A stretch of DNA of 34,323 nt from a virus (lineage: Duplodnaviria > Caudoviricetes): IMG/VR virus record IMGVR_UViG_3300024501_000006, positions 1 through 34,323 of that record. One strand, 5' to 3'. Position numbers and translations under genes: made by a program. Shown here one piece after another: positions 15,888-22,779 of this stretch (position 1 is its first letter; each line of letters starts with the position of its first letter). The notes below the pieces were generated by a model. The model saw nothing but the letters and a program-made list of their open reading frames with translations. It searched no databases and was not told the DNA's origin.

Positions 15888-16120
15888 TGAGCGAACTGGA
15901 AAAAGCCGAACGCGATGTTGAGTACGCAAAGCGCGCCGCCAATGTGGCTGACTGGAAAGCGCTTGAGGCCAAGGCGGCGTTCACGCGCTTGGTTGCTGCA
16001 TCATACGAAGCTCAGGCTGAATTACAGGCCGCACGCATTCGGCTGGCGGATTTGGATTGGCGCGCGGAAAACCACAAGGAAGCACAGGCAGCCCTCGCAG
16101 CACAGGACCCCCGCCCATGA
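15887..16120 (+). CDS. Hypothetical coiled-coil protein
   Basis: GAGGAG SD; MSELEKAERDVEY... Confidence 0.7.
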   Translation: MSELEKAERDVEYAKRAANVADWKALEAKAAFTRLVAASYEAQAELQAARIRLADLDWRAENHKEAQAALAAQDPRP

Positions 16121-16284
16121 AACGCACGATGCCGCAACACATCCAGCATCTTCGCAAGCTGGCAAAGGCGCGCAAGGACACAGACGCCGAAGCAGCGCGG
16201 GCGCTCGCATGGGCCGCTGACATGATTGAGGCAAGCCTTGCAGTTTCAGCAGCCCTTATGCGCCCCGAGGACCCCCGCCCATGA
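16104..16284 (+). repeat. 17-bp direct repeat AGGACCCCCGCCCATGA
   Basis: Identical copies at 16104-16120 and 16268-16284, each carrying an SD and an ATGA stop/start. Confidence 0.9.
16117..16284 (+). CDS. 55-aa hypothetical protein
   Basis: MKRTMPQHIQHLRKL...; bounded by identical 17-bp junction repeats. Confidence 0.65.
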   Translation: MKRTMPQHIQHLRKLAKARKDTDAEAARALAWAADMIEASLAVSAALMRPEDPRP

Positions 16285-16373
16285 GCACGACGAGTGAACT
16301 GGTGGAGAGGCTGCGGAGGCGCGCAGAACCTGCGAAAAGCGACCCCGTCTCACTGACACGAAGGGATAGCTGA
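16281..16373 (+). CDS. 30-aa micro-ORF
   Basis: MSTTSELVERLRRRAEPAKSDPVSLTRRDS; ATGA and TGATG overlaps. Confidence 0.55.
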   Translation: MSTTSELVERLRRRAEPAKSDPVSLTRRDS

Positions 16374-16633
16374 TGGACGAGAAGGTGAGAAGGCAAGCGA
16401 GGAAGGCGGCTCGTGATGCGTTTGATGCCGTCGAGCGATGGGACGCCGCCATCGACGCTTATGAGGCAGCGCTTGAGGCTGCGGGGTATGTGTTTGTGCC
16501 GAGAGAGGCGACTCGTGATATGACGCTAGCGTGGGCGATCAAATCGCCCGCCTTCAGGGGCACTGGCGCGGCGCACCAACACGCGCGCGAGGTCTGGTCG
16601 CTCATGATCGATGCCGCCACTAAGGAGTCGTGA
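16373..16633 (+). CDS. Hypothetical protein, last gene of the early operon
   Basis: GYVFVPREAT..M...VWSLMIDAA is a common small phage protein pattern. Confidence 0.75.
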   Translation: MDEKVRRQARKAARDAFDAVERWDAAIDAYEAALEAAGYVFVPREATRDMTLAWAIKSPAFRGTGAAHQHAREVWSLMIDAATKES

Positions 16634-16847
16634 CGTGGATTTTCACACGCTGCTCAGGCACCCACCGCGATCCGGCCTGCACAAGACACGTCCCATCGCG
16701 GTAGTACGATTTGAGGCCGCTTTCCTTCCAACGCGCGACGCATTCGTAATGCAGGCCCGCGAGCCAGATCGCAGCGCCAACAGCCCCGGCAATCGCGACG
16801 GCCGTAACCGCCAGGATTGCAGGGGATTGGACGCGAACCCGGATCAT
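16620..16847 (-). CDS. Small single-TM protein with two Cys in the C-terminal part
   Basis: AILAVTAVAIAGAVGAAIWLAGL TM, then C...C; ATGA overlap with the upstream gene. Confidence 0.68.
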   Translation of the reverse strand: MIRVRVQSPAILAVTAVAIAGAVGAAIWLAGLHYECVARWKESGLKSYYRDGTCLVQAGSRWVPEQRVKIHVTTP

Positions 16848-17092
16848 CCGAAGCGCGGCCGCAGGCTCCACAGGACATGCCAGACAATCAGCCAGATGCC
16901 GTAGAGCGCGAACGCATCCAGAAGCGTGTCCAGACCGACGCCGCCTTCACGTCCGAAGTCATCGAACGGGTTCACGTTGGCCAGCCTCACGCCGAGCAGC
17001 CACACAATAACTAACACATAGCAGAACCGGCGAATGTTCATCCAGTTCAGTTTTCCGCTCTTGGCGGTGATTTCCAGCCCTAAGATATTCAC
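16844..17092 (-). CDS. Small two-TM membrane protein
   Basis: AAGGAG SD 8 nt before GTG 17092; hydrophobic segments FCYVLVIVWLLGV and AFALYGIWLIVWHVLW. Confidence 0.68.
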   Translation of the reverse strand: MNILGLEITAKSGKLNWMNIRRFCYVLVIVWLLGVRLANVNPFDDFGREGGVGLDTLLDAFALYGIWLIVWHVLWSLRPRFG

Positions 17093-17118
17093 GGCACTTT
17101 CTCCTTGGTTGATGCCGC

Positions 17119-17403
17119 TTAGGCGGCGGGTAAACTCTGAAGCTCGCAGCCGAACGCGCGCCACGACGCAGCCTCGCGTGCGGCGTAGTTCAAGAGGCCG
17201 ATATTGGCCTCCTCCGCTTCCGTGAGCGTGTCAGGCTTCAGCGCGACACAGGCCGCAGCTTTCACCTCATTTGCTGTTTCGCGGATGATCACGGAGTATG
17301 ACTTTGGCGACGGCGGGGGCTTGTGCCCGCAGCTCGTCAGCGCTGGAAAACTCAGGCAGGCTGTCAGGAGCAGCGAGCGCTGCATCCTTTGCATCTTCGA
17401 CAT
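17119..17403 (-). CDS. Rz1: Outer-membrane spanin (o-spanin) lipoprotein
   Basis: Signal peptide with lipobox ALTS-C followed by Pro-rich GHKPPPSP; overlaps the 3' end of the i-spanin in another frame. Confidence 0.82.
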   Translation of the reverse strand: MSKMQRMQRSLLLTACLSFPALTSCGHKPPPSPKSYSVIIRETANEVKAAACVALKPDTLTEAEEANIGLLNYAAREAASWRAFGCELQSLPAA

Positions 17404-17614
17404 TCTCGACTTCCTCTCGGGCTGTTGCCAGTACGCGTTCACGCTCTTTCGCTGTCTCGACTTCCTGCTTGTCGGATTCCTTCCGACGCCCGCGCCGCTC
17501 CGCATTGATGTCCACGAACTTGAGGAACAGCAGCGCAGCGATGACCCAGAGCACCCATTCGGGAATGCGCTTCAGAAAGCTCCAGATGCCAGTGCCGATG
17601 GCTGCGATGTTCAT
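17267..17614 (-). CDS. Rz: Inner-membrane spanin (i-spanin)
   Basis: N-terminal TM WVLWVIAALLFLKFV then a helical charged domain; ATGA overlap with the endolysin stop. Confidence 0.8.
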   Translation of the reverse strand: MNIAAIGTGIWSFLKRIPEWVLWVIAALLFLKFVDINAERRGRRKESDKQEVETAKERERVLATAREEVENVEDAKDAALAAPDSLPEFSSADELRAQAPAVAKVILRDHPRNSK

Positions 17615-18672
17615 TTGAGCGGCTTCTTTGCTTTGTGCTGACCGTATTTGTAGAGCGCGAAGCCGAGCGCCACGACGATCAGCCACGTGATCAGCTCGCG
17701 ATTGCCCTCATTGCTCACCCACGTCTGCGCAGCCTGCGGGAGCAGGTTCGTCGTGCCGAGCGCTGTGACAGTGAGGCCCCAGAAGCGCTTCGACAGGACC
17801 ATGTCCTTCGGCTCAAGGCTGGCCGGGGCTGCATCCTTTGGCAGCGGAGGCGGTGCGACCTTTGCGGGAACTGGTGGGGGAGACGTGCGAGGGACGCCGC
17901 CCGCCTCCCCCTGTCCTGTCGTCGGAGACACAACGACAGGTTTCTCGATCTTCGGGGAGGCAGCGCCAGCGGCAGACGTCCGGGCAGGGGCGACCTGCCG
18001 CTGGGCCGCCTCGACCGCAGGCACGCGCGGTGAAGCGGGTTGGGTAAGCACAAGCTCGTCATCGGCGGGGAGCGGGTAGCGCTGGGCCACCACGAGCACG
18101 TCACGGAATGGCGTCTTGAACAGCACCTTGTCGGTCCCGATGTCGCCGGGCGGACGCTCGCGAACCAGGGCCACGGCATCGTCCGAACAAGCGACCTCGA
18201 AGTCATAGCCCATGAAGACCACGGCCTCGGCATACCTCCGACGCAGAAGGCCCCGCAGCGCCTGCTTGTGCTGGCCGAGCGTAGCGTACAGCCACATCCC
18301 GAACGCGTCGGCGGCATCATCGAAGCGGCGCGCATTGACATGGCGCAGCACGCTTGAGCGCTCGAAATTGACGGGGCCGATATTGTAGCAGAGCGAGACC
18401 AGCGCGGAGAACTGGTTGCCATTGAGCGGGACCGTCACCAGCCGCTTGACGTGACCCTCGAACACGCTGAGCGCGTGCCGGAACATGCCAAGCGCTTCGT
18501 CATAGGTGCAGCTATCGCCCTCTTTGACCGGCGACCCATCGGGATAGAACGTTACCCCGTAGCTCATCTCCCATGCGCCGCCTTCGCACAGGCGGGCCTT
18601 GAGACGCGGCTCACCCTCGAACTGCGTTATCAGGCGCAGCCCGTGATTGTTGACGTACAGATGATCGTTCAC
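17611..18672 (-). CDS. GH24 lysozyme endolysin with Pro-rich linker and C-terminal hydrophobic segments
   Basis: GLRLITQFEG...YG, VTVPLNGNQFSALVSLCYNIG...FERSSVLR, LRGLLRRRYAEA; C-terminal SKRFWGLTVTALG and LITWLIVVALGFALY. Start revised to GTG 18672 (GTGA overlap). Confidence 0.92.
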   Translation of the reverse strand: MNDHLYVNNHGLRLITQFEGEPRLKARLCEGGAWEMSYGVTFYPDGSPVKEGDSCTYDEALGMFRHALSVFEGHVKRLVTVPLNGNQFSALVSLCYNIGPVNFERSSVLRHVNARRFDDAADAFGMWLYATLGQHKQALRGLLRRRYAEAVVFMGYDFEVACSDDAVALVRERPPGDIGTDKVLFKTPFRDVLVVAQRYPLPADDELVLTQPASPRVPAVEAAQRQVAPARTSAAGAASPKIEKPVVVSPTTGQGEAGGVPRTSPPPVPAKVAPPPLPKDAAPASLEPKDMVLSKRFWGLTVTALGTTNLLPQAAQTWVSNEGNRELITWLIVVALGFALYKYGQHKAKKPLK

Positions 18673-20210
18673 GCCTCGCCCCACTCCACTTCGCCAACAC
18701 GTCCGTAAGGCGTGCCCCTGTCGCTAAGTCCGACCGTGAACGGCACACGCGCGCTACGCGGCTCGCCCGGTTCCAGAGGCACGTCGATCGCGTGCAGCAG
18801 GTTGCAGAGGGCCGCGCGGCTTTCATCGCCCGTCACGATGCGGACAGGCAGCACCGTCTGTCCGGGCTCGCGATTGGTCAGGACAAACGCCGTTTCCTTT
18901 TCGGAGGGGTATGGCGTGCCCTTGGGAATGACGACGGAGGCGACCCCCTCCACCTTGTCATAGACCTCGATGGCCACCGAATAACTGATGATGTCCTGAA
19001 TGGTGAGGTCGGACTTGCGGCCCTCGATCACAGCCGCACGGATCGCAGCGCCAAGGACAACCGCAATCTCCGGGTCAATGTCCGTCTTCGGCTCCTGCCC
19101 GAAGACCTGCGCAGCAAGGGCCTGCACGGCGGGCATCCTGGTTCCGCCTCCGACAAGCACCACGTCATTGAGGTCACGCACGCTGAACTTGGGGTCTTTG
19201 CGCTGCGCCTCGGCTATCGCGATGGTGCAGGCTTGGCGCATCCGGGCGAGGATGTCCTTGGAGAGATGCTCCAGCAAGGGGCGGTCCACGACGTGGTCCA
19301 TGTGCAGGACTTCCCCGCCCGGTGTGCGGTCGAAATCCTTGATGCGAAACTCCGTCTTCTGCTTCCGGCTGAGACGCTTCTTTGTCTCCTCCGATTCCTG
19401 AAGCACAAGCGTCATCGCTGTATCGTCCACAGCAAGGTCAACGCCTTCGTGGGATTTGGACCACTCCCCAACGATGTAGCGGCCTAGCATGGCATCAACG
19501 TCAGAGCCGCCCGTGATCGATGACCCGCCCGTGCCGAGCACCGTGACAAGGCCTGCGCCGGTCTGGATGATCGAGACATCCGTGGTCCCGCCACCGACAT
19601 CGAGAACAGCAATGCGGCGGACCTTTTTGAAGTCGTAGCCATAGGCCACAGCCGCAGCGGTCGGCTCGTCCATCAGCTCGATATACTTGAGCCCCGCCAT
19701 CTTGCCCGCGTCTTCCACCGCCGCGCGCTGGTCATGGGTGAAGGTCGCCGGCACGCAGATCACGGCAGCGTCGGGCCTCTCCCCCTTGAACTTGATCGTC
19801 GCGGCATCGAGCAGCTTAGATATGACCGCGCTGCAAAGCATGGTCGGGCTATAGGTGTAGCCGTCTGGCCCCTGATAGTGCAGCTCGCCGTTTAGCTCGT
19901 TCGTTTCCTCGTCCCGGCCCTCGGCGGTCTGGTGGCCGGTGTCCTCGTCTTCATGCCACGCAGCGGCAAGCTGGCGCTTGAACAGGCGGAAGCAGAAATC
20001 GCGATAGCGCTTTCCCGCTTCGATGCCATCGAGGCCGACGAATATCTGGCTGTCACCCTTGGCCACGGCATCGGCGGGAACGATGGTCACGACGGACGGC
20101 AGGAGCGGCGATCCATCGACGTTGATCACTTCCGGCCCGCGCGGGGTCCAGTGCGAAACGCTGCTGTTACTACTTCCGAGGTCGATTCCTACGAGCTTGC
20201 GGACTTTCAT
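18669..20210 (-). CDS. dnaK: Hsp70/DnaK-family ATPase lacking the alpha-helical lid
   Basis: GIDLGSSNS, LFKRQL, CVPATF..DQR, DEPTAAAVAYG, LDVGGGTTDVS, GGSDVD, VLVGGGTRMPAV and DPEIAVVLGAA motifs, followed by a divergent SBD-beta; 513 aa. Confidence 0.95.
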   Translation of the reverse strand: MKVRKLVGIDLGSSNSSVSHWTPRGPEVINVDGSPLLPSVVTIVPADAVAKGDSQIFVGLDGIEAGKRYRDFCFRLFKRQLAAAWHEDEDTGHQTAEGRDEETNELNGELHYQGPDGYTYSPTMLCSAVISKLLDAATIKFKGERPDAAVICVPATFTHDQRAAVEDAGKMAGLKYIELMDEPTAAAVAYGYDFKKVRRIAVLDVGGGTTDVSIIQTGAGLVTVLGTGGSSITGGSDVDAMLGRYIVGEWSKSHEGVDLAVDDTAMTLVLQESEETKKRLSRKQKTEFRIKDFDRTPGGEVLHMDHVVDRPLLEHLSKDILARMRQACTIAIAEAQRKDPKFSVRDLNDVVLVGGGTRMPAVQALAAQVFGQEPKTDIDPEIAVVLGAAIRAAVIEGRKSDLTIQDIISYSVAIEVYDKVEGVASVVIPKGTPYPSEKETAFVLTNREPGQTVLPVRIVTGDESRAALCNLLHAIDVPLEPGEPRSARVPFTVGLSDRGTPYGRVGEVEWGEA

Positions 20211-21418
20211 TCTGCGGCCACTCCCATGCTCGGAGCTGCGTCAATTGTGGACGTTGGACCGATCACAAGCAGGCGCTCAGTCTTTGCCGCTCGCCGCTCG
20301 TGCTGTGCGGCCAACCCGCCCTGACGCGCGTTGCGCTGCTGCGGGGTCATCTCCGGTTCGGGCGGATCAACCAGCGTCAGGGGCTCCTGTACGGGCTCTG
20401 GCGCCGGTTCCGGCTCTGGCTCGGGGGGTGGCGGTGGGGGAGGCTCGGCCGCGACAGGCGGGGCTGCGGGGACCATCTGGCCACGGAGCGCTGCCACTTC
20501 CTGCTGATGCCGAAGCTCGGCCAGCTCGTCCGAGCGCTCCCGGTCGCGCTTGGCGTCATTTGCGCTGATATCGGTGATGAGCGCCCACAGGCTGAGCGAG
20601 CGCGCGGCTTCCAGCGTGCAGAGCATGAAGATGAGCCACACCCATGCCCAGAACGCTTGGGACGCCCTGTCAGCCAGTTCGATCTCTGACAGCCTGCGAT
20701 CCGTGGTCGCCTGCTGCACGGGGCTCGCCTGCCCCGCCATGAGCCCGTCCTCGCGCGCCTTGAGGGTGGCAAGCTCGGCCTGGATCGCTTCGCCGCGCGC
20801 ACGCATGGCGCTTTCGGTCTTGTCGCGCCTGATGCCGTCCACGCTGCCGAAGTAAAGGCCCTGAGCGAGCAAAAGCGATTGCGCCTTCGAGATGCCCTCG
20901 GGGGACATGCTCGCCATGATCTGCTGCTCGGTCTTCAGTTCCGCGATCTGCGTCCTGACACGTTCCAGCTCTGCGCCGGTGCCCTGTATCGCCGCCTGCT
21001 GCGCCGTGCCCAGCGTCCCAGCTTCCTCGCCGGCAAGGGCTGCCTTCGCAGCCAGTGAGGCAGAGCTTTCCGCAAAGCGATCCGGCCATACGACCTTCGC
21101 CCCGTTCTCCGCGTTGTGGACGCCAACAGCCGCAAGGCCAACGAAGATGAACGCGCCCGCCACTTTCCGCCATGTGGTCGATGCGGTGAGCATGCGGATA
21201 AAGGCGACGGTCGCGAGCAGTTCCGCACCGAGCACGGCCACGATCATGCCCATGATCGGCAGGAAGCTCAGCCAGTTCCAGTCAGCCGTTGCGACGATGC
21301 CGGTAACCGACAGCGAGGCAAGGCCAAGCGTGATGATGACCACCGCAAACAGCGCAAACTTGCGTGTCGCGTCGGCCTCATTCTTGAACTCTAGGAATTT
21401 ATCCAAAAAGCGGCCCAT
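20207..21418 (-). CDS. Four-TM membrane protein with coiled coil and PG_binding_1-like motif
   Basis: Three N-terminal TMs, coiled coil, AQSLLLAQGLYFGSVDGIRRDKTESAMR, fourth TM FWAWVWLIFMLC, Pro-rich tail; ATGA overlap with the Hsp70 gene. Confidence 0.85.
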   Translation of the reverse strand: MGRFLDKFLEFKNEADATRKFALFAVVIITLGLASLSVTGIVATADWNWLSFLPIMGMIVAVLGAELLATVAFIRMLTASTTWRKVAGAFIFVGLAAVGVHNAENGAKVVWPDRFAESSASLAAKAALAGEEAGTLGTAQQAAIQGTGAELERVRTQIAELKTEQQIMASMSPEGISKAQSLLLAQGLYFGSVDGIRRDKTESAMRARGEAIQAELATLKAREDGLMAGQASPVQQATTDRRLSEIELADRASQAFWAWVWLIFMLCTLEAARSLSLWALITDISANDAKRDRERSDELAELRHQQEVAALRGQMVPAAPPVAAEPPPPPPPEPEPEPAPEPVQEPLTLVDPPEPEMTPQQRNARQGGLAAQHERRAAKTERLLVIGPTSTIDAAPSMGVAAE

Positions 21419-21437
21419 GCCCTGCCCTTTTCTGCTG

Positions 21438-21869
21438 TTACGGTTGTCCCGTCGTGATCCAGAAAAGCACCAGACCTACGCCGAGCGACATCACCGCGCC
21501 AAAAACCGTCAGCGCGATCTGACGCTGCAAGGCTTTTTGTTCGACCAATCGCTGCATCTGAGAGCCCGCGATAATCTTCTCTGCCCATTCGGCGTTCGAT
21601 TTTTCAAATTCCATGTGGATTTTCTCGATTTCTCTTTGAATGTCGGCGCTTACATCGCGCCTTACCTCGCCCATCTCTCGACGGATTTCCCGAAGATCGT
21701 CCTGAGAGACGGATCGCTCTAGCTCCTTGAGGAGTGTGTCGAGCGCCGCTTCGAAGCGCGTTCTGAGAACGGCAATGTCAAGCTCGACACCGCTGATCCG
21801 GTCCAGGCGCGCGAAGGCGTCACGCTGGCGCTCAATCTCAGCGATGTCGCGTTGTGTCGCGTCCGTCAT
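21438..21869 (-). CDS. Coiled-coil protein with C-terminal TM (holin/antiholin-like candidate)
   Basis: Charged heptad-rich body plus IALTVFGAVMSLGVGLVLFWI; upstream part of the lysis cassette. Confidence 0.7.
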   Translation of the reverse strand: MTDATQRDIAEIERQRDAFARLDRISGVELDIAVLRTRFEAALDTLLKELERSVSQDDLREIRREMGEVRRDVSADIQREIEKIHMEFEKSNAEWAEKIIAGSQMQRLVEQKALQRQIALTVFGAVMSLGVGLVLFWITTGQP

Positions 21870-21893
21870 TTGCCCCTGCCCCGCTTCTCATCG

Positions 21894-22562
21894 TCAGGTC
21901 TCTCCGCGCCGCGTCATCAGCCCGATGAAACGGTCGATACTTGCAGCGCGTGGATTGGCGATGCCCGTGGCTTGGTGTTCCCGATCCAGTGCAGCGCGTG
22001 TCACGTGCAATTGTTCTGAGATGTGTTTTTGCCGCGTCGCTGACAGCGTCAGGAACGTGGCGAAAGTCTCGGCCTCATCCACCTCGAACGCATCCATCAG
22101 CATGTCGCCCGTGATGTCGGCCTCCTCGCCCACAGGCCCATAATCGCTCATCAGCGCATCGGGCTCGGGCAGGAGCTGCGGCGGCTCCTCCTCAACGGGC
22201 GGTGGTGGAGGCGGTGGCGGTGGCGGCGGTGCAGGCGGCTCCTCGCGCGGCTGGGCCACTTCGATTGCGCCGACAAGCTGGAACAGGAGACGGATATTCT
22301 CCTCGATGGCTGCTACCCGCTCCTCGTCCCAATCCCCGGTCGGGCGGCTGGTTGGCAGCTTGATGCCGTGAACCTGCTCGGTGATGTCGCGGACATCAGC
22401 CCCGGTCACCATCAGCACGCGGCCAGAGTGCAACAGCCAGCGCTGCTCGGTCGATGCGTAGGGATCGAGCCGGCCCAGCGTTGCCCCGTCCTGAATGCGG
22501 TGGAATGCGTAAGGATCGCCCTTGAATGTGAAGCGGTCAGGACGGTTGCGGAGACGGGACAT
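21894..22562 (-). CDS. Hypothetical protein with poly-proline linker
   Basis: GGAG SD; 11 consecutive Pro codons (22197-22229) separating two domains. Confidence 0.8.
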   Translation of the reverse strand: MSRLRNRPDRFTFKGDPYAFHRIQDGATLGRLDPYASTEQRWLLHSGRVLMVTGADVRDITEQVHGIKLPTSRPTGDWDEERVAAIEENIRLLFQLVGAIEVAQPREEPPAPPPPPPPPPPPVEEEPPQLLPEPDALMSDYGPVGEEADITGDMLMDAFEVDEAETFATFLTLSATRQKHISEQLHVTRAALDREHQATGIANPRAASIDRFIGLMTRRGET

Positions 22563-22590
22563 TTAAAACTCCGGCACGATGTGTTAACGT
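22562..22590 (+). promoter_or_regulatory. Putative sigma70 promoter for the antisense membrane gene
   Basis: TTTAAA-17 nt-TAACGT with a TGn extended -10, in an AT-rich gap. Confidence 0.5.
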
Positions 22591-22614
22591 CTGCGCCCTT
22601 GCTGGAGGCGCGGG

Positions 22615-22779
22615 ATGCTGGCTTTAAGCGTTATGCTGTTGGCTTTGGTTGCGCTCGTTGGCGCGGGCTTCTGCTTCATTACCGGATCAAGCTGGATCGG
22701 GCTTGGCCTTGTCGGCCTTTCTAACGTTTTGGAATTTACGGCCTTCGCCTTGGCCGGGAGGGCGGAAGCGGAGGAGTAG
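22615..22779 (+). CDS. 54-aa hydrophobic membrane protein (moron-like)
   Basis: Manual translation MLALSVMLLALVALVGAGFCFITGSSWIGLGLVGLSNVLEFTAFALAGRAEAEE; GGAGG at 22604-22608; opposite strand to its neighbours. Confidence 0.68.
   Translation: MLALSVMLLALVALVGAGFCFITGSSWIGLGLVGLSNVLEFTAFALAGRAEAEE

Noticed and set aside
18669-20210. Hsp70 as flanking host chromosome or misassembled host dnaK
   Set aside because: It is strongly diverged, lacks dnaJ/grpE neighbours and overlaps phage genes at both ends. Read support could not be checked.
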